A DNA stretch of 64,000 nt, taken from positions 6,014,001 through 6,078,000 of the forward strand of contig OX597829.1 in NCBI GenBank assembly GCA_951406725.2. The letters are read 5' to 3'. The notes under the pieces were generated by a model. The model worked only from the letters and a program-made list of their open reading frames with translations, ran no database searches and was not told the origin of the DNA. The stretch comes from Octopus vulgaris (Eukaryota). The translations under genes were made by a program, and so were the position numbers. Positions 1-13,627 of the stretch are shown piece by piece (the stretch's first letter is position 1; every line of letters starts with the position of its first letter).

Positions 1-1140
1 GACGATCATGAGGATGATAGTATAGATGGTTTTATTTCTTGATGGTATTGCATTCTTCCCCAAACCTTGCGAAGTAATTTTACTACGAGATAAAAGAAAA
101 TACATTTAATATCAGCCCACGGGGCCCAAAGTTTTAAGCATCGTTAGTTTGATAAAAGATCTCAACCATGGAGATTGAATTTATTTAGGTGTCATAAATA
201 ATACTCAACCAGTGGAAGTCTCATAGTTCGGCCTCAAGCCAGGAAATAAATGGTGCTGTGATGGGGTAACGTAAAGGCTTTACGTATGGTGTGCCCGGAA
301 ACAAATATGCACAACTTCCTTTATGAACGGCAACAGACTCTTTGCTTACGTAAAATTACAAAATTTTAAATGCTTGTAACTTTGTATTATCTATTTATAG
401 AAAACTACATCGGAACTATATTTATAAAATAATGGTCAAGGAAAACTTTGAAAACCTTATATATATATATAAAACAAAATATATAAGAAAGGTTAAGACA
501 TATGAAAGGCTTGAATGTAGACATAATATATAAATATAAAAAGCATGTTCTATCTGTGATCTTGGGCGACCAGAAACGTAACAAATGTTTTGCCATATGT
601 GGACATGACCCAAAAAGTTCATTTCTTGATTTTAGACATGTATTTATGTTATCTACACACATATACTCAAAGAAACATGCAAATTCAGCATCCACTATTC
701 AGTATTCTCGTCCATTGACATCTATATGTGTTTGTATATGTGTGTTCGCGTATCTGTATGTGTATAATTACACACATACACAAGCACACGCAAATATATT
801 TAGAAAATGTACTCAATAGATTGAGCACTAATACAGTCTGTACGCACAATTTTTGGAGTAACACGAGTTTTTAGGCAGAAAAAAGGCGAAAATTATTTAA
901 TACACATTCTGGCTCATTCATTCGACCAGATCTGAAGGATCATGCATTTCATTATTTTAGATTACATAGTCACTAAATTTGCTTCACCACTACCTTTACG
1001 TTGCAACAATTGGTTACCGCTCCTCTGTCTCTCACTCCTCTTATCTCTCCTTCTATTTCTCTCTCTCTCCTCCTTCCATCTCCCTGTCTACCTGCCTGCT
1101 TATCTGCCTGTTTCTCTCACTCTATAACCTCCTCTATCTC

Positions 1141-1196
1141 CGCATACATACATACATACATACATACATACATACATACATACATACATACACACT

Positions 1197-1246
<50 letters not shown>
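1141..1246. repeat. (CATA)n + (TA)n microsatellite, representative of dozens of TA/CA/GATA/AAT tracts in the window
   Basis: Direct tandem repeat; such tracts produce the [12 protein letters not shown] pseudo-ORFs in the track. Confidence 0.98.
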
Positions 1247-1249
<3 letters not shown>

Positions 1250-2027
1250 TTAATTTTATTTTTTAGGGAATAAAATTTCTAGCATAACAGGGGGTTCATA
1301 TTATTCTCAATGAGAAGAAATATATTTTCATTTAGAGATAGTAGGCCCCTCCATCCCACCATATAAAAGAAATTTAATTTAAATATTTACTACTTTATAA
1401 CTTGGTTACCCGTGTTTCATGAGGTTTATTTCCCGGTTCCTTAACCACGCCGTGTTTTGCTGGAACCATTCATAAAATATAGCCCCAATCATCAGGCCCC
1501 TATCTCACTTTCTCATAGTTTGATACTATAAACTATATTTTAATTTTTTAAACAAATATGTATGTGTAAAATAGGCATGTATAAAATAGGTTTGCCGGAC
1601 CCTACCGTACAAGCCATAATTTAATTCAAATAAAAATAAAAAATTACAAAAATAAAAATAAAACTAAAAATAAAGACTTACAAAAAAAAATAAAGATGAA
1701 AATAAAAAGTACGAATAAAAATAAAAATTTACAAAAACTATGTTCTTACGTAATTTATGTCTATAAATATAAAATTAATGATATATAGGGTCAATAATAA
1801 AAATATATACTTGTGATGATATAAAATGATATAAAATGAAAGGAATAGCAAAAGAAATATATATTCGAATCAAAATGGAAGCAATAACGAATAAATATTT
1901 TCAAATAAAAACTATTGTACGAATGAGGAAATGCAAAATTTACAAATGATACGAATGATAGCAATTAAAAATTTACAAAGTAAAAATAACTTAAGGGTAA
2001 CGTAAAGGAGTATTTACAAATCACCGT

Positions 2028-2030
<3 letters not shown>
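1247..2030 (-). mobile_element. Non-coding Penelope-type terminal/non-autonomous element carrying a hammerhead motif
   Basis: Bounded by (TA)n on both sides; hammerhead motif about 160 nt from the left end; no ORF. Confidence 0.5.
1404..1498 (-). ncRNA. Type I hammerhead-like motif with long stem II
   Basis: Minus strand: GGC-CTGATGA-TTGGGGCTATATTT...AAATAAACCTCAT-GAAA-CACGG-GTA-ACC; internal GGTTCC/GGAACC helix; stem I weak. Confidence 0.6.
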
Positions 2031-2080
<50 letters not shown>

Positions 2081-2213
2081 CAATTTAACAAATAAAACAT
2101 ATGCATACATTCATACATATATGTACACACCTACATCTATTGTTATTATATGATTGAACGCATCGCGTCACTTTCTTATTTCTCCTAGTAAGTTTTTATT
2201 ATATATCTGTATA

Positions 2214-2278
<65 letters not shown>

Positions 2279-2326
2279 ATTGATAGGCTCTGAATTATTT
2301 TTATCAGAGTTACTCGTTCCCGATTA

Positions 2327-4565
2327 CACAAGTCTGCATGATTTTCTATGTTTAAATGTCTACGTAACTTTTTAAAGCATTTTTTTAATGTTGATTTCAG
2401 ATCTGTTATTAGTTTTCTCCATCACGTCTTGTTTTTCCGTAATAACGTGATTATCTGATTTATTTTGCCCAACAAAATAGATTACTATAAACCAATGCTG
2501 GCCTAATATTACTAAAGGTAAAATAACACCCAGCACAAAGGTTATAAAACAGTCGTTGACAATTCTGAAAGACGATGTGACCTTGAAAAGCTGTGTACAC
2601 AATTGCTAACTGATGCTTTAGTGTTGTTTTAGTAGTTCCAGAGGTCAGTCGTTGGTGATATTTACATATAAGCTCCATTTAAAAACAGTTCATATAAACG
2701 TAAGTGTGTGAGCAATCCAGACATACTCCGCTACATTTGTGGCAGGTATGCTGTCATTAATCAGACAAAATATAACTGATCTTGTAAAAAATCTATATTT
2801 CCCTTATTTTGATGTTAAACTCAGTGATGAAGATAAATCTTGGGCCCCACACAAAGTATATCGCATTTCTGCTAAATGCCTTTGGGAATACCAATGATGT
2901 GGCGAGAGCCGAGTCACCACGTTGAAGATTGTTATTTCTGTATTGGTTAAGTTGAAGGATAAAGTGCAAAAAATAAACATGGTAGCGTATCGTAATATTT
3001 CTTCGACTAAACGGCCTATTGCACATGGAGGTGACATTCCCACCCCCACATACACTTGATTTGAAGAATGCTACATCAGATCATAATGAAGAAGACAAAT
3101 GTGAAGACAAGGGTGATGACTATACTCCCGACAAAATCGAAAACCTGCAGTTATTTACGCAAGAAGGGCTCAATGATTTGGTGAATGATTTGAACCTAGC
3201 AAAGGATACAGCGGAACTTCTTGGTTCTAGGCTCAAGATGAACAAAAATTGTTACTGTGAACCTTCTCTTGGTATCATCACAGGGAACGCGTGTTGTTAC
3301 CATTCTTTGCTGAGGATGAATGTTTTGCTATAATATTCCAAACCTGCTACACTATTTTGAGATGGAGAGCTATCCCTCAGCACGGAAGCTATTAATTGAT
3401 TTCTCCAAAAGAAGTTTGAAGGCCGCCTTGCTACCCAACGGAAATAAGCGTTCATCCATTCTAGCGGCACATTCTGTATAACTAAAGGACACGTATGAAG
3501 ATGTAAAAAAAACTTTTGATAAATATAAAGTATGTGAAGATCTCAAAATTATAGGCATGCTTTTAGGCCAGCAGGCAGGCTACACAACAATGTCATGTTT
3601 CTCATGTGAATAGGACAGCAGAGCTAAAGAAAAACACTGGATGGTTAAAAACTGGCCACAAAGAAGAAGTTTGTTACCTGGAACCAAAAACATTCTGCAC
3701 CAGCCTTTGATTGAAACTACAAAAGTACTGCTACTACATTTGTGCATCAAACTGTGTTTGATGAAACAGTTCGTTAAATCTTGGCCTGCATATGGGCCAT
3801 GTTTGCAGTGTCTCTCAAAAAAATTCTCAAATGTAACCAGCGAGAAAATTAAGTAGTAATATTTATTGGCCCAGATTAAGAGAAATCCATGAATGGATCT
3901 CTAAGACAGGCATGGGCAAGCTTCAAGTGTGTTGTCGAGAAATTTTTAGCAAACAATAAGTCATAGTTTATATCGTATTACAAAACTTCAAAAAGCCTGG
4001 GTGCAACATGAGCGTTAAAATGCACTTTCTTTACTCGCACCTCGACTATTCCCCAGATTACCATGGCAATCTAAGTGAAAAGCACGGTGAGAGATTTCAC
4101 CAGGGCATTACAGAAATGGCTCGGAAGAAACAGGGAAGATGGAATGTAAAGATGATGGCGGATTACTGCTGAACTCTAAAGAGAGGCTGCAAGTCCTTAC
4201 CAAAAGCTGGAAGGAAATCTAAGAAAAGGAAGTTTGAAAAGGAGTAAAATTACTTTAAATCCTTGATAAGTGCATTGAAAACATATACTTAATCAATTTA
4301 TAGAACTACATACATTATTCATATATGTTTTTATTATTATTCTAGTCATTTGTTCTTAATTTCATCATACTTTTATCGAAAAGTCTGTTCAAACGGAAAC
4401 GAAAGACATGAAAAATCATCATATATTTGGCAGCCATCTGTGTAAATTCTGCACGTAAGAAGCAAAAGCTAATAACATATATGAAATCAGCATTAAAAAT
4501 TGGTTCAGAATCACCTATAAGTAGACAATAAACATTTACTTCATTTAAAAAAAAGTTTACTTGTG
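2327..4565 (+). mobile_element. Chapaev3-like (CMC) DNA transposon, both ends present, decayed
   Basis: Termini CACAAGT...ACTTGTG; subterminal inverted match TTTTTAATGTTGATTTCAGATCTGTTATTAG (~2383) with CTAATAACATATATGAAATCAGCATTAAAAA (~4468); flanks TTA / TTG. Confidence 0.75.
2694..4247 (+). pseudogene. Chapaev3-type transposase pseudogene (many stops and frameshifts)
   Basis: Motifs KCVSNPD..YICG, LSDEDKSWAPH, IDFSKRSLKAALLPNGNK, DLKIIGMLLGQQAGYTTMSCFSCE, HFLYSHLDY, SEKHGERFHQ, GRWNVKMMADYC; family assignment is from recall of this motif series. Confidence 0.8.
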
Positions 4566-4701
4566 TTGTTAGCTGGTACTAGAGCGCAATCTCTTTCGAA
4601 ATATCCATTGACCGAGGACTACAAATTTTAGTTGTAATATATGAAAGAATACTCTGCATCTGTTGAGTTCTGTAATCTATCGCTTCTGGTGAATCAACTG
4701 A

Positions 4702-4800
<99 letters not shown>

Positions 4801-5446
4801 ATGTGCATATATATGTATGTACATATGTGTGTGCATATATATACACACATATATATATATATGTATATGCGTGTGTGTGTGTCTATATAGACCGCGAACT
4901 GTTCACTGACAAAACTTCGTGCTGCAAGAAAATATTTTGACAAATTAAATTTAAATGTTGAAGTGAATCTAACGGTTTTTGTGTGTTTCTTAAATAGCTT
5001 ATAAACACCTTCCACGCTGCAGTTGTTTATATATATATATACATACACATACATATATATATATATATATGCATGCATACACAGACACACATATAGTGTA
5101 CATGGACGCTCGGTACTCAAATGTTTCTCCAGAAGACTAGGATTATCCCGTATATATACAAGTTTTTATTCTTCACACCATTCAAACTTTCCAAGGGAAA
5201 TGATACTGTTAACACCTGAGTCGACGCAGTCTTTGTCATTAGGGTGCAATAAATACCACAACGCATTCTACGTCTCTTTTAAGTATGCCCTTATTCGACT
5301 TAAATTTGTATCTTACAACTCTTTCAAAAATAGCAATTTTTTTTTGTAAAAGCATTGTCTTTTTTAAATGGTTGTTTGTTATGAAACAAATCAGAAGATA
5401 GTCATTTGAAAAATATATTAGAAAAACATACATCGTTTTAGAATCG

Positions 5447-5489
5447 TGTGAGTAGATTTGGTAGACGGAAACTGAAAGAAGCCCGTCGT

Positions 5490-5535
<46 letters not shown>

Positions 5536-5748
5536 TGTCTGTGTTTGTCCACTCCCAACATCGCTTGACAACCGATGCTGGTGTGTTTACGTCCCCGTAA
5601 GTTAGCGGTTCGGCAAAAAGAGACCGATAGAATAAGTACTAGGCTTACAAAGAATAAGTCCTGGGGGGGGGGACGATTTGCTCGACAAAAGGCGGTGCTC
5701 CAGCATGGCCGCAGTCAAATGACTGACACCAGTAAAAGAGTAAAAGAG
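5447..5748 (+). mobile_element. tRNA-derived SINE family A, 5'-truncated
   Basis: Matches the 3' two-thirds of full copies at 36250, 44626 and 53218; internal (TA)/(TG) tract; GTAAAAGA tail. Confidence 0.9.
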
Positions 5749-5959
5749 AGAGTATATAAATAGACATTTACAAAAGACACTGTTTTAGACAGAATTTATG
5801 CTTTTCTCGAAAACAGCACAAGAATAAATCTTCAGTCAACTCCAGTTTTAATTGCCTGCCGTTAATTTTATTGTGTCACAATGCGGTTCAAGCTAATTGA
5901 TTACAATATTACTTTGCTTCTTGTTTATAAATTATTACATAGAAACTATTACTAGAACT

Positions 5960-6670
5960 ATAAAGGTAGCTTATTGGGAGAATTGCTACCACGCCTGGCA
6001 AACTGCTTAACGGTATTTCGTCCATCTTTACGCTCTGAGTTCAAAGTCAGCCGTGGTCTGCTTTGATTTAATTTTTTTGGAGTTGATAAAATATGTAGCA
6101 GTCAAGTACTGGTGTCGATGTACTAGCCCTCTACTCCCAATCTTTCAGGCTTGTACCTATGACAGAAAGGATGGATTATTATTACAATTATTAAGGCGAC
6201 GAGCTGGCAGAATCGTTAGCACGCCGGGCGAAATGCTTAGCAGTATTTTCGTCTGCCGTTACGTTTAAGGTGGTGAGCTGGCAGAAATGTTAGCACGCCG
6301 GGCGAAATTCTTAGCGGTATTTCGTCTGCTGTTTCGTTCTGAGTTCAAATTCCGCCGAGGTCGACTTTGCCTTTCATCCTTTCGGGGTCGATAAATTAAG
6401 TACAAGTTACACACTGAGGGCGATATAATCGAATAATGCGTTTGTCTGTCCTTGTTTGTCCCTTCTGTGTTTAGCCCCTTGTGGGTAGTAATGAAATAGG
6501 TATTTCGTCTGCCGTCACGTTCTGAGTTCAAACTCCGCCAAGGTCGACTTTGCCTTTCATCGTTTCAGGGTCGATAAATAAAGTACCAGATGGACACTGG
6601 GGTCGATGTAATTGACATATCCCCACCCGAGAACTGTCGGTTTAGTGCTAAAATTCGAAATCATTATTAT
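5960..6670 (+). mobile_element. Cluster of SINE family B copies (tandem/nested)
   Basis: Repeated AAGGCGGCGAGCTGGCAGAATCGTTAGC head and B-box-like GAGTTCAAATTCC followed by GCCGAGGTCGACTTTGCCTTTCATCC; same unit at 22390 and 28855. Confidence 0.85.
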
Positions 6671-8074
6671 TGTAATTATTATTTATATTTGTACATATGT
6701 GTGAATATACGTGCTTAAGATTTCCAATTGGTTTAAATAATTACTTTTTTATAACCACAGCAGCGCAGCTAATACTGAAAAGGCTCTACCGGAATTCATG
6801 CATTTTATTTCCTCACTTCACGCACAATTGGCATACTTCTATGATTCATTATTTTATATTATCTTCACTGAATTGACTTTTACCGGCATGGATCTCCCCT
6901 TCTTCTGGGCTTTTCGGATACTCGTAATTACATTATGGCAATTTCACAACAATATAAATGAACGCTACCCAGATGTACCTTCTTGTTATTCTCTCCATTT
7001 CTATGTACTGCCACCTTCAACAAGTTTTTTCTGTTATGCTTTTCTTTCAATCTCTCTCTCTCTCTCTCTCTTATATATTTTAATCAATTTAATCAATTTT
7101 TCGATTTCTCTGTGCTATTTGACACATTATAGCTGTATCTTCTCCATTCTCTGTAATTCAGCTTCTAAGTAAACGGCTCTTCTATATTTGCTATTTACTT
7201 ACAAAAGTCTGTCTGTCTGTCTGTCTCTCTATCTCTATGTATATATATATATAGAGAGAGAGAGAGAGAAAGGGGGAAGAGAGATGCACATATACTTATA
7301 TATACGTGTATATATACGTATGTATATATGGGTGTCTGTGAGTGACTGTGTGTGTGTGTCTGTGTGTGTATATGCTTTCGGTGCGAATGGCCTTCTCTCT
7401 TGATTCTTCCGTTCTTCCTCTCCCTCTCTTCCCCCCCCCCCTCTCTCTCCTTCCCTCTCAATCTGTTCACTGAGTTGCTGAACAACAAATCTATAATGCC
7501 CTAAGCCTCCAGGCGAATCTTAACTTGAACTGACCCCATTTTTCCTCAAAGATCGCTTCGCTATTGTCACATCCAGACAAAACGCAGGTGGGTTACCTAT
7601 TTACTGTTTAAAATGACCCGTCTCCCTCACTCCCCATTCTATCCACCACCCCATGCCACATGTCCTCCTTCATTGACTCACTCTATAAGTCTTTACTACT
7701 TTTCCTATCTTTATATCTATCTCATGTAAAAATATAAAATATCTCCTTACGCTTAAGCCAGTGCTCTCTCTTTCTGTCTGACTGTCTGTCTCTCTTTCTC
7801 TCTCACCCATCCTCACTCCCTCTCTCTCCTTCCCTCCCTCTTTCTCTTTCTCTCTCTCACACACGCTCACATACATTCTCCATCCCTTTCTCTACCGCTC
7901 GCTTTTTGAAATACCTATTTTTGTTGTTTGTGCGTACATTTTACTTCCTTTTTATCTCTTCCTTTTCTTTTTACCTATTTCTTTTACTATTTTTCTTGTT
8001 TTTTTACTTCTCATCCTTCTCTGTAATATATATGTATGTGTGTGTATGATAGAGAGAGGGGGAAATATACATAC

Positions 8075-8118
<44 letters not shown>

Positions 8119-8131
8119 GTGTGTGTATATA

Positions 8132-8185
<54 letters not shown>

Positions 8186-8192
8186 TAGATAC

Positions 8193-8245
<53 letters not shown>

Positions 8246-8254
8246 GATAGATAC

Positions 8255-8331
<77 letters not shown>

Positions 8332-9314
8332 CATATATATAATTATATGCGTATATATATATATGGTTGGGTGTGACATGTATGTATATACATATATATA
8401 TATGTCAGTACATATACGAATACAAACATATATGCATATATAAGAAACAGGGATTAGGTAAAGAAGAAAGAAAGACCCTGAATAATGTAGAAGAAAGTTA
8501 TACTAGGCACCAAAAAAGATTTATTCTTGCTTTATTGAAACCATATTCCCTTCCAGAGAAAATAAAGAAACTTACAAGGTGGGGATTGCTTTCGACTTAA
8601 TGATAAAGGAATATAATCTCAACATGACAGAAGATGGTTTTGTTTTCTGAACATGACAGAAGATAGTTTAGTTTTCTTTTCAGGAGACAGAACGACAACT
8701 GTCAATATCTTTCCGTCCAATAAACGTCTTCGGCACAGCTTTAGTTGTTTTGCACACTAGGCAGTTTTCTTCCGATTGTGGAGCCTGCTACTCGCCGCAG
8801 AAACTCCAGAGTAACTGATCATTCAACCGTTTATGCGTAGATGTATGAATAAATCACCTTTCTCTACTATCTTTCTCTCTCTCTCGCTCTATAGAGAGGG
8901 AGAGAGAGAAAGAGGGAGAGTAGAGTAAGGTATGTGTGTGTGTGTGTGTGTTTGTGTGCGTGCGCGCACGTGCGCGTGTCTGACTGAAAGATTACATTCT
9001 AACCACCTCATAAAAGAACAAAGAAGACACATGACACAAATGCAGCATCCTTTGGATGACTGGAATCAATATCAACCTTTGAAAAGCAGGCTAATGTTAG
9101 CGCGAGGAAAGGCATCCGATTTTAGGTACTCTGCTAATATAAATACAGCAATTGAACTGTCTCGACAAGACATAAGTGTATAGAAATGTGAGCTTGAAGA
9201 TGACAGAGGATACAATATGGAATATTTCAACTAGATTTGAACTTTCCTCTATGTTTTACATTAATGATTAATGAAAATGGTTGTAGGATAAACTTCTTTC
9301 ATAACACATTAATT

Positions 9315-9377
<63 letters not shown>

Positions 9378-9587
9378 TACCCTGGACAAGGAATTCTAAT
9401 TCAAGCTCGTCTCTCTGGAGATGGGTGTAAGAGAATAGTGAGAGAGAACATTACATGCAGTTTAAATGAAACTGAGGCAATACCATATGCGCACGCGTGT
9501 GTATATACACGTACATAATACATACATATATATACACGTATATACACGTACATAATACATACATAATACATAATACATACATACATA

Positions 9588-9708
<121 letters not shown>

Positions 9709-9778
9709 TGCGCATGCGCACACACACATATATTTAGTTAGTGAGAGACGGAAGATGGAAGACACGAGAGTTTTATTG

Positions 9779-9884
9779 ATCACTACAACTGTTTCGACCC
9801 ATCTAGCATCTATCCCTCACGGGTGGTGTACTTAGCAACTAGTTCAGAAGCATCCAACGATACAGCTGTGTCTCTTCGTGTGAT
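9779..9884 (-). ncRNA. Degenerate type I hammerhead-like motif
   Basis: ATCAC-acGAAGA-GACAC...GGGTC-GAAA-CAGTT-GTA-GTGAT; stem I is perfect but core positions 3-4 are mutated. Confidence 0.45.
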
Positions 9885-10293
9885 AAACATGTATAACTCG
9901 TTAAAATAACAGTTTCGCAATGTATCTTCTCCGTTCGTGTAAAGAAAAGCAGCCAATTAAAGGATATAACTTCATTTATATAGAAGATTAATAATAAGAT
10001 AACAGATGCAAAAAGATACGAACACGCAATACTTCCAGAAAGGTATTAAATATAATCTTAACAGATATAGATGTATAAATGCTATCGTGTAGGTTGTATA
10101 ACGTAAGTACATTCTTTCTTGGCGCACATACGTTCACATAGCAAGTTAAATAGCTACTTGGGGTTTTATAAGAATGAGGAAATCATTTGTTCTATTATCT
10201 GATGTCTAGTACTCTCTCTCTCTCCCTCGCACACACAAACACACAGACACACACATATATATATATACATACATACATGTATATGTATGCATA

Positions 10294-10324
<31 letters not shown>

Positions 10325-10374
10325 GATATATATATATACATATGCACATAGATATGTCTGTATATATGTACATA

Positions 10375-10436
<62 letters not shown>

Positions 10437-10441
<5 letters not shown>

Positions 10442-10578
10442 GAAATTTATAGTAAAACAAAGACGAAGACAGGTGTAGGAACAACACGCATGTGTATCAG
10501 TTTTGACGCTTGGGAAAAATGGAAAAGTCTTTTACGTTTCGAGCATACGCTCTTCGACAGAAAGGATTAAAAGGAAAT

Positions 10579-10585
<7 letters not shown>
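10437..10585 (-). mobile_element. Solo Penelope terminal repeat (pLTR) with hammerhead-like motif at 10529-10564
   Basis: Reverse complement of the 3' ends at 19335-19495 and 60930-61080; abuts (TA)n. Confidence 0.8.
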
Positions 10586-10623
<38 letters not shown>

Positions 10624-10959
10624 ATGAAAACAAACGTGTAGAGTTCAGGGTTTAACACGCACTTACACACACACACACATACACGCACACACACACATCG
10701 TACAAAATGAACATGACCACTAATCAGTACCAGTATTGCGCTTTGTCATTTTAGTGACGTAAATATTTCCGCCTTTAGGTTATAAAATTGTGAAATAACC
10801 ACCCATATCCATCCATCCATCCATCCATCCATCCATCCATCCATCCATCCATCCATCCATCCATCCATCCATCCATCCATCCATCCATCCATCCATCCAT
10901 CCATCCATCCATCCATCCATCCATCCATACATACATACATACATACATACATACATACA

Positions 10960-10995
<36 letters not shown>

Positions 10996-11122
10996 TATAT
11001 ATGTGCGTGTATATATATATATATATATAGTAAGGAAAAATTTTTTTAAAAATGCAGAATGCTCAAATGAAAGAAAATTTTAATAAAATGAGAAAATGAT
11101 AAAATATATAAATATATATATT

Positions 11123-11163
11123 TATTCAACCGGTTTTCGTCAATGTATGACTTGTCAAGAATA
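11123..11163 (-). ncRNA. Minimal type I hammerhead-like motif, U3:A8 variant
   Basis: TATTC-TTGACAA-GTCA tacat TGAC-GAAA-ACCGGT-T-GAATA; palindromic stem III; one extra A after GAAA. Confidence 0.6.
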
Positions 11164-11416
11164 TTTATGTTTTAAGAAGTTTTTTTGAAAATTAGAAAGG
11201 GGAAAAAAAGAAAATTGCAATGTTTTTTGTAAAAGAATAATGATAAAAATGTACCAAAATTAAAAAATAAGTTCTCCGATACATTGTGAGTTCGTTGTGT
11301 ATCTTGAGTTTTATGGTTGTTTACCAAATCCAAACAAGAAAACAAAAAACACAACAACGCAAGGACGTGGAACAAATAAAGTATTATTGGACGCTCAGGA
11401 AAGAAGGGAAGAAGGA

Positions 11417-11449
<33 letters not shown>

Positions 11450-12044
11450 TAGATAGATAGATGTGTATATGTGCGTGTTAGTGTAAGAGCATGCGTAAAT
11501 ACGTTTGGAGGAGGTATGAGTGTTTATGTTTATATGTTTAAATTCTATGGACAAATGGTTATTCGTGTATTTAGAATTTTTATTCCTGTGAACTTACTTA
11601 TACATACTGTTTTAATCTAAGTACATATTTAAGGGTGCAGCTATAAATGTATCTTTTACAGATTGCATTTATTCATGAACTTTCCCAATTAGTTGTAATC
11701 TATTATTATTGATTTAATTAGGAATCTGTTTACTGCATATTAGTGATTCAGTTATCTATTTGTTCCCCAAAACTTCATATGTTTCTAAGTTTACTACACG
11801 TGTGTATATGCATTTTTAAACATTGATTATAATGCAGTTTTATGTATGTATATTTACATATGAAATGTCATTGGCTTTCACTATCTATTTCTAATTCTGT
11901 GACGTCATACAGCGGGGAGAAAATATGAGTGTTATCAATCAAATTCATTCTGAACTTTAGAATCAAAAATGAATATCCCTAAATAATTGACGTGTATATA
12001 GATATGTAAAATATTCTGCTTCAGATGAAATCCTGAGTCAGTCA

Positions 12045-12098
12045 AAACGGAGATCTTTCGCTAAACGGAGATCTTTCGCTAAACGGAGATCTTTCGCT
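12045..12098 (+). repeat. 18-bp perfect tandem repeat x3 (AAACGGAGATCTTTCGCT)
   Basis: Three exact copies, no spacers. Confidence 0.95.
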
Positions 12099-12685
12099 AA
12101 TATATTAAACATGCAGAATACAAATATTTTTCCGACAGTAATATTCAACTCCTATAGTGACCTCTTTGATTTATAGTTTCTTTGATCTCATAAGAAGAAA
12201 AATTTACTATATGTATGTGTGAATTTATGTATGTACGCATGCATGCATGTAGGTGTGTGTGTGTGTGTTCTCGTTGTATTCTTTTATTCCTCTACTTGTT
12301 TCAGTCATTAGACTGTAGCGAATGATACGTGACTGTGGAATACTCAGCCGTATATACGTTACCCCTTTTGATACCAACTCGCCTGAAACCGCCTCTGGCT
12401 CTGTAGTACCGATGTCTTGTTTTCGAAAGTCCTGAATTAAATTCTTCCACCAAACCTTAGTCACGATTTATGTTCCTAACACTAGTTTAATAATAACCAA
12501 GTTATTTTACTAAATTCAGTGTTATATTTAAAATTAATTAAAAGAAACAGAGAGCATCTCAACAGGAATATGGTAATGAAGGGGTTAATATGTATGTTTG
12601 TTTGTGTGATAGATAGAGATAGAGAGAGACAATGAGAGATACATACAGGCACACAAATGGATTATACAAAAGGTGATATGAAAAG

Positions 12686-13188
12686 GGTTTTAGTCGAAAA
12701 AATCGACCCCTGTACATATTTTTTGTCGCATTTTCCTGCCGAAACGGGAGCGTAAACAAAGCAACACCGGTTGTCAACCGGTGGAGGAGGACAAACACAA
12801 TGATGCACACTCATAGATTTTATGCGAATAAAAGAAAAACACGCGCGCGCATGCACGTACACGCACGCACGCACATGCACACACACACATATACACATAC
12901 ACATGTATATGAGTGTGTGTGTATGAGTCACACACTTATACATGTGTGTGCATCTGTGTGCGTCTTTATGTCTGTGTCTGTTCTGCACCACCGTTTGACC
13001 ACTGGTATTGGTGTCTTTATGTTTCCGGGAATTAGTGGTTCTTCAAAAGGGACTGATAAAATAAGCTATAGGCTTTAAAACAGAGAAAATGTACTGAGAT
13101 CCACTCAATAAGTTACAAATTGTTCAAGGTGCTGCCACCCCCCGCCCCACTATACTGCAGTCTAATGACTGAAACAAATAAAAGATAA
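12686..13188. mobile_element. Two old SINE-A 3' halves in divergent orientation
   Basis: 12686-12799 is minus and 12955-13188 is plus; both show degenerate similarity to the SINE-A tail. Confidence 0.6.
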
Positions 13189-13224
13189 CACACACGCAAG
13201 GCATTACTTCAATTATATGAATGA

Positions 13225-13627
13225 TTTTGAAAAAAGAAAAGGCAAATGAGATGGTCTGACCATATTTTTCGAATGACGGATGGACGCATACCCAAACAGC
13301 TGCGTTATGGCAAGTTTGCAGAGGGAAAATGCAATCGGTGTAAACTTGAAAAGAGGTTTAAGGACCGTATAAGGACTACCATGAAGTTACTTGGAATGGA
13401 TCCAAAGGCCATAGAAACCCTTGTTTCGGATCGAGCTGGATAGCGAACAAAACTGTGGAGTAGAGTGAAAGCGTAAGAGGAGGCCAGGATAACACATGCT
13501 AGGCTGGAAAGGGATTTCAAGAAGAATGTTGCGATCGAGAAGGTGAATCACAATAAAGCTTTTGTATGCAGCTTCTGACAGACCACGCCCTTTTATTGCT
13601 GGGCTCAAACCTCATTTATATAATGAA
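13225..13627 (+). mobile_element. RTE-clade LINE 3' fragment, part 1
   Basis: MRWSDHIFRMTDGRIPKQLRYGKF...KRFKD is the typical RTE C-terminal region. Confidence 0.85.

Noticed and set aside
1-820. Possible DNA-transposon 3' remnant / ORF 502-819
   Set aside because: No convincing motif or TIR partner within the window.
8011-8379. Long [16 protein letters not shown] ORFs throughout the track
   Set aside because: Stop-free frames of microsatellites, not genes.
8560-8700. Possible hammerhead (minus CTGAAAA...GTCGAAAG)
   Set aside because: Stems cannot be formed; only a short local duplication is evident.
12045-12098. CRISPR-like repeat
   Set aside because: No spacers, no cas genes, eukaryotic context.
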